Shown here in pieces: positions 8,469 to 18,262 of a stretch of 64,000 nucleotides of DNA (within the stretch, counting starts at the first letter, position 1; each line of letters opens with the position of its first letter). This DNA is from a virus: the IMG/VR virus record IMGVR_UViG_3300036715_002961, positions 1-64,000 of that record. One strand, written 5' to 3'. The notes under the pieces were generated by a model. It was given only the letters and a program-made list of their open reading frames with translations. It did not search any database and was not told where the DNA came from. Position numbers and translations under genes: made by a program.

Positions 8469-10066
8469 TCAAATTCTCGGCGGTTGGAGGATTTCGATGA
8501 CGACTTCGGCCGGCGGCTGCCGCCGAAACGCGGCTGCTCGGGGGCGAACTCATCGTCGACGTCGCCGGGGCGGCGGTAGGGAATGCTGCGCCCGTTCCAG
8601 ACGCGACCTTGGTCCGGGTTCCAGTCAAATTCCACGGCGAGCGGCGCAGTACCGTGGCGCTGCTTCAGGATCAGCGCTTCGAGCTTGTCGTCGGTCAACT
8701 CTTTCCAGAGGGCCGGGCGGTTGAGGCCGATCATCGTGTCGGCGACCTCGGTCCACGCGCCGCTCCCCTTGACGCCTTCGCGTGTGGGACGTTTGTCGGG
8801 GCGCTGTTCGACGTCTTTAAGCCGCTGTTGTTGCAGCATAATGATGTGGTAGCCGCCTTCCTGAGCCATGGCCTGTTGGCGGTAGAGGGCTTCTTCCTCG
8901 GCTTCGGGGGATGCGTCGACGAGGCAGCGCTTCCACAAGTCGGCGATGAAAACGTCGCAGCCGCTTTCAAGAACGTGGTCTTGGAGGATTTCGAGGTTTC
9001 GCTCGTTGGTTCGGCGAGCCTCGCCGGCGTGCCGGGAACGCTGGAACGGGTTGTCAATAAACCGAACATGGCGACCGATTTCGCGCATGCTCTCTTCGAT
9101 CCTGCGAAGATCTTTATCGCTCAGACGACCAGCGCGACACTCGGCACGCGAGAGACCGAGTTCGATGCAGGCGAGAAGTTCGAGCGACATGCCCGGCATC
9201 ATTTCCCATGCCCCGTAAAGCACGCGCCGGTTGAGACCGACGAGGCCGAGGGCTACGTTGGCCGTGAATGTCGTTTTGCCACCGCCCGAAACGGCTGTAA
9301 TAACCGTGACCTGGCCGGGCTCGGTGCCGCCCGTCATGCGAAGGATCGGCTCGCCGTTGGCGTCGACTTTCTCGTACCAGTCGAGGGATTGAATCCCGTA
9401 GCCGTAGGTTTTTCGGGATCCGCGCTCGCGCAGATCCTTCATTTGAGCCTCGACGATCTGGTCGGAATCGAGGAGCCATTTGCGGTCCTCGGCGCCGTCG
9501 AATGTCGTGTAGACAGCCTTTGCGAGCTGGCGAACTTTGGTCGGATCGGTTGAAGGGTCTTTGAGCCCTTCGATGAGCAGGGGAAGCGTGTTTTTTGCAG
9601 CGCGCACGCGCGAGACGTCCCAGAGGAGCGTGTCGACATGCCAGCTGGCGTTGCGCTCGCTGCCACGGCTCGCTTCGATCATGCTTGCGATGTGGGCAGC
9701 GACCTTCGCGCCCGCTTTGACTTCGATGGTCGCCGGGGCGAATCCGAGCTTCTGGCGATGGAGGGCGAGCAGGCATTCCCATGCCTCGCGGTTCTCGCTC
9801 GTGACGAAATGCGACGCGAGAACGCGGCGACTGGCCTGGACAAAAACGGCAGGGTCTGCAGCGCAAAATCCGATGACGTAGCCCTCGTTGGCCGCGTCGA
9901 CGGAGATGACCGTGCGTTCGGCTTTATCCGCTTTCGGAGCCGCTTTCGCGGGCTGCGGGGGCGGCGATGGCGGGTCGACGGGACCAGCCATAAAATCGGC
10001 GATAGCGGCCGGCGATGCGGGCGGTGCCGTGTCGGGGAGGGGAACCCGGGTTCTCGTGGGCTGCAT
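8465..10066 (-). CDS. DnaB-like replicative helicase
   Basis: Walker A AVSGGGKTT, Walker B FIADLW, GSGAWTEVAD, LKQRHG; adjacent to the primase. Confidence 0.9.
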   Translation of the reverse strand: MQPTRTRVPLPDTAPPASPAAIADFMAGPVDPPSPPPQPAKAAPKADKAERTVISVDAANEGYVIGFCAADPAVFVQASRRVLASHFVTSENREAWECLLALHRQKLGFAPATIEVKAGAKVAAHIASMIEASRGSERNASWHVDTLLWDVSRVRAAKNTLPLLIEGLKDPSTDPTKVRQLAKAVYTTFDGAEDRKWLLDSDQIVEAQMKDLRERGSRKTYGYGIQSLDWYEKVDANGEPILRMTGGTEPGQVTVITAVSGGGKTTFTANVALGLVGLNRRVLYGAWEMMPGMSLELLACIELGLSRAECRAGRLSDKDLRRIEESMREIGRHVRFIDNPFQRSRHAGEARRTNERNLEILQDHVLESGCDVFIADLWKRCLVDASPEAEEEALYRQQAMAQEGGYHIIMLQQQRLKDVEQRPDKRPTREGVKGSGAWTEVADTMIGLNRPALWKELTDDKLEALILKQRHGTAPLAVEFDWNPDQGRVWNGRSIPYRRPGDVDDEFAPEQPRFGGSRRPKSSSKSSNRREFE

Positions 10067-10072
10067 AAACTC

Positions 10073-10594
10073 CTAGGTGGGACGGGCGGTAGCGCGGCGA
10101 CGTTGCTCGACGAACCAGTCGCTGAACAGGACTTCTTTTTTGAAGACCAGGATCCAGCCGATGGGGCGGGCGGAACCGGTGTAGGTACAGCGCTTGATTT
10201 CGGCGGCGCGGTAGGCCTCGCGGCTCTGCTCACGGGCGAAAACCCATTCGAGATAGGCCGCCATGCGAGGGGGGTTGTTGTGGAACTTTTCTTCGAGCAT
10301 TTTCTGCGCGGCAACGATGGCCGCCGCGCGGGTGACTCCGTCAAAATCGGGGACCGGGATCTTGTAGAAGTCCGCGAACATCCGCTCGTACGCGAGGACG
10401 AAATGACCGCCTTTGAGGTCGGAAAGATCGCCCTTGTCAAGGGCTGCGACGAGGTCGTCTTCGAGTTGACGACGAACACGCTCGGAGGTCCCGCGGTAAC
10501 GACGAGGCTTGGCAGGGGCGCCAACGAACGCCTGAAAGTCGTCAGCCGGCGACGGGGCCGGCTGGACGACGTAGACAGTTGCCTTGCGGGCCAT
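10073..10594 (-). CDS. Hypothetical protein (possible helicase loader or initiator)
   Basis: Protein-like composition; directly upstream of DnaB; function inferred from position only. Confidence 0.55.
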   Translation of the reverse strand: MARKATVYVVQPAPSPADDFQAFVGAPAKPRRYRGTSERVRRQLEDDLVAALDKGDLSDLKGGHFVLAYERMFADFYKIPVPDFDGVTRAAAIVAAQKMLEEKFHNNPPRMAAYLEWVFAREQSREAYRAAEIKRCTYTGSARPIGWILVFKKEVLFSDWFVEQRRRATARPT

Positions 10595-10869
10595 CAGCGA
10601 GACTCGGCGTAGGCCTTCCGAAACTCGGCCAGCTTCTGAGCGCGCGCCTTCGCGGCAAACGCGGTCAGCTGCGCGTTGACCGCTTCAAGGGCCTGCTCGA
10701 CGGTCTCGCCGGGCTGAACCTCGCGCGTGATGCTGTAAGGCCCGATTTCGCAGCAATTGTATTGGATCGGGGCGTACAGCTCGCGGGCGAACGTCACCGT
10801 GACGATGATTTCGCCATTGGGACCAGTCGCGACGGGGGACGGCGGAGCTTCAACGGGAATACGAGCCAT
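10594..10869 (-). CDS. Hypothetical protein (91 aa)
   Basis: 1-nt stop/start overlap with the next gene. Confidence 0.6.
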   Translation of the reverse strand: MARIPVEAPPSPVATGPNGEIIVTVTFARELYAPIQYNCCEIGPYSITREVQPGETVEQALEAVNAQLTAFAAKARAQKLAEFRKAYAESR

Positions 10870-10884
10870 TTTCAGGGGATCCTT

Positions 10885-12399
10885 TCAGAGACGAACGGAC
10901 GAAACGGAAACCCATTCGTCGTTGCGAACGAGCTTCGTGCGCACCGGGCCATTCCAGCGCGCGATATTTTTGATGTGCACGTTTCCGTGAATGAGGGGGT
11001 CCATCACCATGTAAAGACGACCCATTTCACGACCGGGGAACTTGCGGCAGAACCGCCCACGGACCTGCCCGAAAAACTGCTCGTGCGTCCCGATGGGCGT
11101 GACCGCGAAACCGACCGAGACCGTAGGCGCGTCGATGCCGGTCCCGATTGATTTGTAGGTCCCGACGCCGACGTCGATCGTGCCGGCCTTGATGCCTTCG
11201 AGGGTCGCGCGAAACTCGGCTTTGCTCTCGGCGCCGCCGAGCAACAGGCCGGTGCGAATGCCGAACCCGACAAGACGGGCGGCGATGGCCTGGCAGTGCT
11301 CGCGCTCGTGGGCGAGAACGAAGCATTTGGCGCCACCTTGGACCTCGGCGACCAGGTGCTTGATGTAAAGAGCCTCGCGCGCCTCGTCCGCCGCGAACAA
11401 GCGCTTGAGGGCGAGAAAATCGACACGTTCGGGATCGTTCGGGCGGCCGCGAGAGGGTGCGCGGGCCGCGCTGGGGTTGTACTCGTCGCAGCGGGTCGAG
11501 GATTCGAGAAGGCGGACCTCGACGGGCGTGACGACGCTCTTAGTCACCAACTCGGCGTGGTTGATTTCGTAGGCACGCTCGCCGAAAAGATCAGCGATCA
11601 GAAAGTCTTTCTTGTCCTTGCGGCGCTCGTCGGCCGAGGCACCGATGCGGTAGAGAGCGGGAATCGGATCGACCGACGCGTAGAACGTCCCGGCCGCAAA
11701 AAATTGGACTTCGTCGGCGAAAACCGCACCGAAGTAGCGCTTGATGCGGGCCGCCTTCGCGCGGTCGTTCTTGAAAATCGACGACAGCGTCTGAACGGTC
11801 GCGACCGTGATCGGGCGAAGTTCGAACCGCGGACTGCGAATCAGGCCGACGGCGGACGGCTCGATGCCGAGGTTCTTTTGGATCTCTTTGACCCATTGCT
11901 CGGCGAGCGAACCCGAATGCACGATGACCAGGGTAGGAACCTTTAGTTCGCTGGCGAGGGCGACCAACGCGGTGGTCTTACCGGAGCCGGTGCCGGCTTT
12001 GATCAGGCAGGTTTTGCGCTCGCGAGCGGCCGCGACAATCTCGGTCTGGTGGGGCATGAGTGCGCGCGTCATGACGGAAAATTCGGCCGGGGGTGTGGGC
12101 TGGCCGCGCATCTGACGATCGCGAACGGCGGGGACCTCGCCGTGCCGTTCGAGGATGGTCAGGACGCGGGCGATGCCGCCACGGGGGAACGTGATCCAGT
12201 CGGGATTTGCAGCGCTCGGCGACTTCGCAAATTGCCATGTCACGATCCATTCTTTGACGCCGTAGGTCGCCAGCTTCATCGCCCGTTTCTTCGCGAAATC
12301 CGGGTTCTTATGCGTGAATGCGACTTTCAGCTCACTGGCAGCGTTGGGGGTCAGGTCGGATAGTTTGACCCGAACGCGGTTGTCGACGAACAGCTCCAT
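10885..12399 (-). CDS. SF2 (UvsW/ResIII-like) DNA helicase
   Basis: AGTGSGKT, DEVQ, SADERRKD, GTGIDAP, QVRGRFCR; probable start MELFVD at 12399. Confidence 0.88.
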   Translation of the reverse strand: MELFVDNRVRVKLSDLTPNAASELKVAFTHKNPDFAKKRAMKLATYGVKEWIVTWQFAKSPSAANPDWITFPRGGIARVLTILERHGEVPAVRDRQMRGQPTPPAEFSVMTRALMPHQTEIVAAARERKTCLIKAGTGSGKTTALVALASELKVPTLVIVHSGSLAEQWVKEIQKNLGIEPSAVGLIRSPRFELRPITVATVQTLSSIFKNDRAKAARIKRYFGAVFADEVQFFAAGTFYASVDPIPALYRIGASADERRKDKKDFLIADLFGERAYEINHAELVTKSVVTPVEVRLLESSTRCDEYNPSAARAPSRGRPNDPERVDFLALKRLFAADEAREALYIKHLVAEVQGGAKCFVLAHEREHCQAIAARLVGFGIRTGLLLGGAESKAEFRATLEGIKAGTIDVGVGTYKSIGTGIDAPTVSVGFAVTPIGTHEQFFGQVRGRFCRKFPGREMGRLYMVMDPLIHGNVHIKNIARWNGPVRTKLVRNDEWVSVSSVRL

Positions 12400-12439
12400 G
12401 CAAGGGTTACGTCGGTTCGGCGGATTTTCGATCGGCGGG

Positions 12440-12900
12440 CCGTGACGATTTTCGAAAATCGTCCGCCAAGGGAACCCGGGTTCTCGTCGCGGCGGGGTCC
12501 GAATCCGGCTCGCCATAAGGATCGCGCCCGCGGGATAAGGATCGCGCACCCGCGGTTCCAAATCAAAGACTCTTATTTATTATTACTAATACAAACTCAC
12601 TCAGATCCCAAAGATCCGAGAATTAAGTTCACAGATCTCTTAGCTCCGCTAAGCCTTCGGCTTAGCTCCGCCGCTTCGCCTTCGGCTCGCGACGGCAAGC
12701 TTGAACGGAGGCTTCCCCGGGGCGAGAGATCTGAAAATGCGAAACTTGCCGAGGCGGGAATGCCTGGACCGGTCGCGAGAGGAACCCGGGTTCTCGCCCC
12801 GGGGAATCAGGACTCCGAAGAATGTCCCTAAAATGCGTTTTAACGCGTCGAGCCCCCGTTAGGCTACCAGGGTAGCACACCCGTGGTAAAAGACGATTCT
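12440..12900. other. Largest non-coding region; candidate replication origin
   Basis: AT-rich core at ~12559-12640, repeated AGATC, short hairpins, bracketed by palindrome copies at 12471 and 12781; lies upstream of the replication genes. Confidence 0.5.
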
Positions 12901-12928
12901 AGGGGTCGTCTCGGCGCGGCATTTGGGG

Positions 12929-13165
12929 TCAGGGGGTGGGGTCCGCGGGTGGAGTCGGCGGGCGCCCGCCGATTTTGGTCGCAGCATCCTCGGCGGCGAT
13001 GGAGACGACCAGCGTGGACACGAGCCATTTGATGAAGCCGAGAGCGTCATCCCACGAAATTCGCCCAAGAAAAAGGGCGATGAACGCGAAAATGACGCAA
13101 ATCATCACGACCATGACCTTGGACGAACCGAGCAGCCGCTGGAGCGGGGCGATGAGAGCGTTCAT
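12929..13165 (-). CDS. Putative holin (78 aa, two hydrophobic segments)
   Basis: VMVVMICVIFAFIALFLG and FIKWLVSTLVVSIAA; at the end of the tail module. Confidence 0.6.
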   Translation of the reverse strand: MNALIAPLQRLLGSSKVMVVMICVIFAFIALFLGRISWDDALGFIKWLVSTLVVSIAAEDAATKIGGRPPTPPADPTP

Positions 13166-13187
13166 GCGACGAGGGTACAGCAAAACG

Positions 13188-13225
13188 AAAAAAAAAAACC
13201 CGACGATCCACCATGGATCGTCGGG
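13188..13225 (-). terminator. Rho-independent terminator
   Basis: CCCGACGATCCA/TGGATCGTCGGG stem followed by an 11-T run on the minus strand. Confidence 0.85.
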
Positions 13226-13254
13226 CCCGGGTGTTTGGGCACGGGAGAGCCAGA

Positions 13255-13662
13255 CTAGCGCTTTCCGCGAGGCGCTGCAGGCATATTCGCCGAGGACGGA
13301 CGCGAGGCCTTGATGGCGTCGAGGACGGTTTGCATCGAGCGGTCGTGGTCGCCTTTGGTCAGCATTTCTTTTTGAATCTGCTCGACGATTTCCTGGGTTC
13401 GTTCGAGTTGGGTTCGCTGATGTTCGGACAACTGGGCCTGCAATCCTTGCTGCTTTTCGAGCTGCTCGCACCGCGTTCGAACTTTTTCGAGTTCTTCGCG
13501 GTCGCGTTTGGCGTTGTCTTCGTGAGCGTGAATCTTGTCAGTAAAAACCGCTTTTTCCTGAGCGATGAGGTAGCGGGCGAGACCGATGTAGAGACTCAGC
13601 CCGACGGATAGGAGCGTGCACAGGCACGTTACGACGGCCGAGAGAATTTCGACTTTATCCAT
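13255..13662 (-). CDS. Membrane-anchored coiled-coil protein (lysis accessory?)
   Basis: N-terminal hydrophobic segment followed by heptad repeats; next to the putative holin. Confidence 0.55.
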   Translation of the reverse strand: MDKVEILSAVVTCLCTLLSVGLSLYIGLARYLIAQEKAVFTDKIHAHEDNAKRDREELEKVRTRCEQLEKQQGLQAQLSEHQRTQLERTQEIVEQIQKEMLTKGDHDRSMQTVLDAIKASRPSSANMPAAPRGKR

Positions 13663-13670
13663 GGCGAGCC

Positions 13671-15185
13671 TCAGAATTGAAGGCGCTGCGCGTAAGCTGC
13701 GTGCGTGTACTGAAGAAACCAAACCGCCGCATCGGTCAAGTTATGCATCGTCGCACTTTGGCTTACCCCCACGGGATTCATTTGAGCAATGTCGTGTTCA
13801 GTGACGACTACAAACTGAACATCCCCACCCGCGGACTGTTCGACAGCCAGGCCGTTCTGGCTCGACGTGTTGTTCGCGTCGGCCACGTAAACGACCTGAT
13901 TAAACCCGCCGACTTTCCCGTTCGGAATACCACTCACATTCGCGACGTTAGCAATTTGAACACGACGAGTATTGGCGGGAACCGGCAAGTTACCCGGTAC
14001 GGCGAGTCCGACTACGTCGCTGAGATACCCTTCGATCTCGATGTATGACTTTTTGCGCATCGCCGTTTTGGTCGTGGCTACAAACGGCCCTGGACCGCCG
14101 GCGGCCGCGGTAGCGATTAGACCGAACATGTAGCCGGGGGTAGCCGTCAAAAGGCCAGTTGAAGCAGGGGGGAGAAGGTTTACCGACGAGATCGACAGGT
14201 TCGTCGGATCGGTGAGTGCCGCGACCGGAATACCCTTGAAATCGCCGGGGATACGGACACCCGAGGCAGCCGGGAAGTATCGCGCCCATCGCGGCAATCC
14301 TTCGGGAAAGAGCATGTAAAAGTAGATGAGATGCGATCCGCCGGGGATGGCGAACCCGGAAACCTGATTGATGGCAGAGACGGGCGAGAACACAGCCGCG
14401 TTGACTTCCGACGCGCCCAGCGTCCCACCGACGCGCACGCCGTCGAGAAACGCAGAAACGGTTCCCTTCAAATCGTCGAGCGCACCGGCATACGTTGAAT
14501 CACGCCAGTCGTATCCAATGGTTCCACGCGTCAAATTCTCACGGTCAGAAACGAGCGGGCGGACGTCGAAAAACTCGACGTTGTCGTTGGTCGTCGAGCC
14601 GGGCGCGTGGCAGGCGATCGCGAGGGGGCACCAGCCGGATGCATGGCCGGGATAACCCGCGCCGGGAACGCCCTGGCGCACGCGAAACACGAGACGCGAT
14701 CCGACGATTTTAGGAACCGAAACAGCGTCGAAAACACGCGTCGATTCGTTGTAAATGTCGCGGTTCTCAATCGCGAAGGTTTCGTCGACGCGTGAGAACT
14801 CGACGACGTCGACGCGGACGCTTCCCGTCAGATTCGGAGACAACACAAGCGAGCCGGGCGTGGCCGCGTTCGAGGTCAGCTCGGCGAAACACAAGGGCGA
14901 GTTGTTCGGATCAACCTGAGTTTCAGTCGTGCACGCGGCACCGGCGGAGATGTACAAGTCGAAGGAAGCCATTTGCGGGAGTACGCAAAGGCCCGACAAA
15001 ACCAGTGCACGAAGGGGTGCGCTGGTCGTGACGTATTGAACATCTTCTTTCCCGTTGTGCAGGGTCGAAAAGAGATGTCGCGCGACCTCCATCAACCCTC
15101 GATTACCGAGGGCTTGCGCCTTGTTGACGTCCTCAGAGAGGACCTTTTCACGCGTGTTGAATTTGACAGTTTTGTTGCCGCTCAT
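13671..15185 (-). CDS. Tail fibre / baseplate-associated protein
   Basis: Follows the baseplate wedge genes; N-terminal fibre-anchor-like region (VRVDVV) and beta-rich C-terminus. Confidence 0.55.
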   Translation of the reverse strand: MSGNKTVKFNTREKVLSEDVNKAQALGNRGLMEVARHLFSTLHNGKEDVQYVTTSAPLRALVLSGLCVLPQMASFDLYISAGAACTTETQVDPNNSPLCFAELTSNAATPGSLVLSPNLTGSVRVDVVEFSRVDETFAIENRDIYNESTRVFDAVSVPKIVGSRLVFRVRQGVPGAGYPGHASGWCPLAIACHAPGSTTNDNVEFFDVRPLVSDRENLTRGTIGYDWRDSTYAGALDDLKGTVSAFLDGVRVGGTLGASEVNAAVFSPVSAINQVSGFAIPGGSHLIYFYMLFPEGLPRWARYFPAASGVRIPGDFKGIPVAALTDPTNLSISSVNLLPPASTGLLTATPGYMFGLIATAAAGGPGPFVATTKTAMRKKSYIEIEGYLSDVVGLAVPGNLPVPANTRRVQIANVANVSGIPNGKVGGFNQVVYVADANNTSSQNGLAVEQSAGGDVQFVVVTEHDIAQMNPVGVSQSATMHNLTDAAVWFLQYTHAAYAQRLQF

Positions 15186-15189
15186 TGGC

Positions 15190-16989
15190 TTATCCTTCCG
15201 TGCAGGTGGGGTCGTTGCAGAGGCTAAATCCGACGCCGCCCGCGCGGGCTGCCGAGCAGGCGGCATAGACGGAGGCGTTGGTAGCAGAGTCCTGGACGCT
15301 GGAGACGTCGAGCGGCGAGCCGTCGAGGTAGGCGACGCCATCGAAGTAGGCAATACCGTCGGAAATCACGGTTTCCTGTCGACAGATCTCGAAGTAGCCG
15401 CGAAAGTCGACCGTCGAGAGCAGGCACCGGCCGGGAATCGACGCGGTCGAGTCGGCGACGGCGGAGATCGTCGAGCCGAGGACGGCGCCGCCGGGGCGGT
15501 CGACGCGCATGCGGAGCGAAGTCACGTCGAAGCCGGGAAAGCGCTTCTCGCCGCGCGTGATGAGCAACAGACGATCGGGGCCGGTCAGCCACTGCCCGAC
15601 GGTTCCGCGGGCGTAGGCGAATCCGTCGCTGGCGCGTTCGAGGACGATAGGAGTTCCGGGCTCGTAGGATGCGTCAGGGGTGATGAAGAGGGCGAAGGCG
15701 ACGACAAGGCCGGTCGCGTCGAAAAAGTCGTCGGCGTCTGCGTAGACGCCCCGCAACGCGCCGAACCCGGCTTCTTCAAAACAGAATGGATCGTCGCCGA
15801 GAACGCGGGCGACTGCGCGGACGATCGCGGCGGGCGAGACCACGTCGGCGACGTTGGCGATGCGTTCGCGAAAATGCTCGTCGTCTTCGCCGATGGCGCG
15901 CGTGAGGTCGCCACGCTCGCGGGCGAGCAGGTCGAGCATGCCAGCGCGGCCGCCGGTCGGCTCGGATTCGTTGGAGACGGAGACGCCCCAGTCGGAAACC
16001 CAGTCGAGAACCCTCCATTCGGCGGTGCCGGTCTCAGGTACCCAAATCGGGCAATCGGCCAGAAATTCGACCGTCGTCGTCGAGCCGTCCGCGAGCGTCA
16101 GAACCGCGCCGACCGCGAGCGCCGAGGGGGAGCCGTCGCGCGACTCGATGACGAGGCGAGAGCCGTCAACCGACAGGCATACGCCCAACCAGCCGGGAAC
16201 CGACAGACGATCCCCAGGCAGGATCGAACCGACGGCGGCGACGTCGATCGATACGTCAATCGCGAGGCGAACCGACGAGCCGGCGACGGCGAACGGGCGA
16301 GCTAGGTCGGGTGGGAAGTAGGAAACCACGCGCGCGGCGAGGCCGGCGTTGCTTCCGGAGAGCATCAGAAAATACGAACCGACGTGCTCGGGGACGGGCA
16401 TGTCGGCGCGGTTGGGCGTTCGGATCTCGACGTAGATCGGCGCGGCCCCGCCGCCGCCGAGGGCGACCGTTGCTTCGTCACCGGAGAGTTGCACGCCGGC
16501 TTGGACGACCGACGAGATCGTTCCGGGGAGGGGGTTGTTGTAGCCGTAGCCGGGGCGGGTCGCGGCCGCGCGCACCACGCGAGGGGGCGACGAGCCAGGG
16601 GGGATCGCGACGCGGGCGGCGAGCGCATAGCGGCGGGTCGAGGGGTAGGCGACCGCGCCGGTCGGCGACGCGTCGACGTCGATCGCCTCGACCAACGCGC
16701 CCGACGAAAAAACGAGCGACCGATGATTGCGGTTGCCGCGGGCGATCGTCAGGTCGACAGTCGCGTGAGCGGGACCGCCCGCGGGTGGGGCGAGCTGGTC
16801 GCTGCTCTGGAGCAGGTAGAGCGATCCGAATGTCGTGTAGACGGCGTCGGCAACCCTCGCAAATTGCACGAACATCTGCGAAAAAATCTCGAGGCCGTTG
16901 CCGTCGCCCGCTCGCTCGAACGGACGGCGGTAGGACTGATCAAGGATCGATTTCCAGAGGGCGCGGATAGAGTCGACGGTGTGGCGCAT
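15190..16989 (-). CDS. Baseplate wedge-like protein
   Basis: LDLLARERGDLTRAIGEDDEHFRERI resembles wedge/tail-I motifs; follows the J-like gene. Confidence 0.6.
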   Translation of the reverse strand: MRHTVDSIRALWKSILDQSYRRPFERAGDGNGLEIFSQMFVQFARVADAVYTTFGSLYLLQSSDQLAPPAGGPAHATVDLTIARGNRNHRSLVFSSGALVEAIDVDASPTGAVAYPSTRRYALAARVAIPPGSSPPRVVRAAATRPGYGYNNPLPGTISSVVQAGVQLSGDEATVALGGGGAAPIYVEIRTPNRADMPVPEHVGSYFLMLSGSNAGLAARVVSYFPPDLARPFAVAGSSVRLAIDVSIDVAAVGSILPGDRLSVPGWLGVCLSVDGSRLVIESRDGSPSALAVGAVLTLADGSTTTVEFLADCPIWVPETGTAEWRVLDWVSDWGVSVSNESEPTGGRAGMLDLLARERGDLTRAIGEDDEHFRERIANVADVVSPAAIVRAVARVLGDDPFCFEEAGFGALRGVYADADDFFDATGLVVAFALFITPDASYEPGTPIVLERASDGFAYARGTVGQWLTGPDRLLLITRGEKRFPGFDVTSLRMRVDRPGGAVLGSTISAVADSTASIPGRCLLSTVDFRGYFEICRQETVISDGIAYFDGVAYLDGSPLDVSSVQDSATNASVYAACSAARAGGVGFSLCNDPTCTEG

Positions 16990-17116
16990 GGGGGGCTCGA
17001 ATGGTTCGGATTTGGGCGAGAGAGGAACCCGGGTTCCCGTCGACAATGACGACGACCGAACCGTCGGGCCGGTGGACGAGGCGCACGCGGCTCGACGCGA
17101 GATGCGCCGCGCTCAT
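16940..17116 (-). CDS. Small hypothetical ORF (58 aa)
   Basis: ATGA overlap with the J-like gene stop; contains a palindrome copy (read as GNPGS). Confidence 0.3.
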   Translation of the reverse strand: MSAAHLASSRVRLVHRPDGSVVVIVDGNPGSSLAQIRTIRAPHAPHRRLYPRPLEIDP

Positions 17117-18249
17117 GCGAGGATCTGGACGGTTTCGGTCGTGGCGCGGATCGTTTGGCCGACGTCGGGAACCAGGTCGCCCGCGGGCTCGACGATGCAG
17201 TTGGCGTCGACGATGACGCCGAGGTCGTTGTACCGCTTCAAAACGGTAATAAGGTCGCTGACGTAGAGCGGCTGATTCGGCGCAAGGCCTTGCGTGAACG
17301 CGACGATCGCTGCGTTCATTTGAGCCGCGAGCGTCACTGAATCGACGTTCGCGCGGTAGCGAACGCGGGCGACGATCGGAACAACGACAGGAATCGAAGT
17401 TCGGACCAGAACGGCGACGCCGCCGGCGCGCCATTCGCGAAGGGCCGTTTCGACCTCGGTTGCAAGCGCGCGCGAGGCGACGCCGGTGGAGTCGGCGATG
17501 AACAGCTCGACGACGCGGGCGGGGACGACCGAGGGGAGGTCGCGGTAGGTTCCTCCTTCGAGCGGCGCGAGGACCTCGATGGCGACCGCCTGAACCACGC
17601 CGGGGACGCTGAGGCCGCCGGTCTCGATGGCGTCGAGGGTTCCGCGCGCGAGGGCGCGGGCAAACTTTCGGGCGCGAGCGCGAAATGCGTCGTCGAGTTC
17701 GCGATCTTCGCCGCCGGCCGCCGCTTCTTCGTTTGTGATCTCGATGGTCTTGTCGAAGATCTCGCCGGGCCGCGCGAATCGGTTGATGGCACCGCGGGCG
17801 ACGCGCGTCTCGGAGCCGGCTTTGGTCGAGCGAACTCGGCCTTGGGAAAAGAGATCTGTTGGACCGAATGAGATGGGCGTTTGAACGAGGAACTCGACGT
17901 TGCCCGCGACGACGCGCGTGCCGACTGGGACCGTTCCGGCGCCGCCGGCGAAGGTCGGGCGCGAAAGCTGAATATCAGTTCTGCTCGGCGACGCACCGTG
18001 GCGGGTGAACCGGTAGCGGTCGAAAACGATGCGGTCGAGGTCGTCCTTCTCCGCGCTTTCGATGAGCAGTTTCGATGCCTCAAACGCAATCGCCGACACG
18101 ATCACCGCGCCGATCATCGCGGCGGTTTGCACGATGATGTTCGCTTGCGACCCTTCGAGGTCGATGAGTTTCGGGTCGAGCTTTTTCGCGCACCCGCGGA
18201 CGAACGCGCGCCCGCGGGCGAAGAGGTCTACTCGGCTGGGCAGGTCCAT
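17113..18249 (-). CDS. Baseplate J-like protein
   Basis: SAEKDDLDRI, VPVGTRV, AAAGGEDRELDDAFRAR, GTLDAI, VPGV. Confidence 0.88.
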   Translation of the reverse strand: MDLPSRVDLFARGRAFVRGCAKKLDPKLIDLEGSQANIIVQTAAMIGAVIVSAIAFEASKLLIESAEKDDLDRIVFDRYRFTRHGASPSRTDIQLSRPTFAGGAGTVPVGTRVVAGNVEFLVQTPISFGPTDLFSQGRVRSTKAGSETRVARGAINRFARPGEIFDKTIEITNEEAAAGGEDRELDDAFRARARKFARALARGTLDAIETGGLSVPGVVQAVAIEVLAPLEGGTYRDLPSVVPARVVELFIADSTGVASRALATEVETALREWRAGGVAVLVRTSIPVVVPIVARVRYRANVDSVTLAAQMNAAIVAFTQGLAPNQPLYVSDLITVLKRYNDLGVIVDANCIVEPAGDLVPDVGQTIRATTETVQILA

Positions 18250-18262
18250 GCCTGCGACGGTA

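Noticed and set aside
12662-12880. 72-aa minus-strand ORF in the candidate origin
   Set aside because: No SD or protein-like composition; the region is better explained as non-coding.
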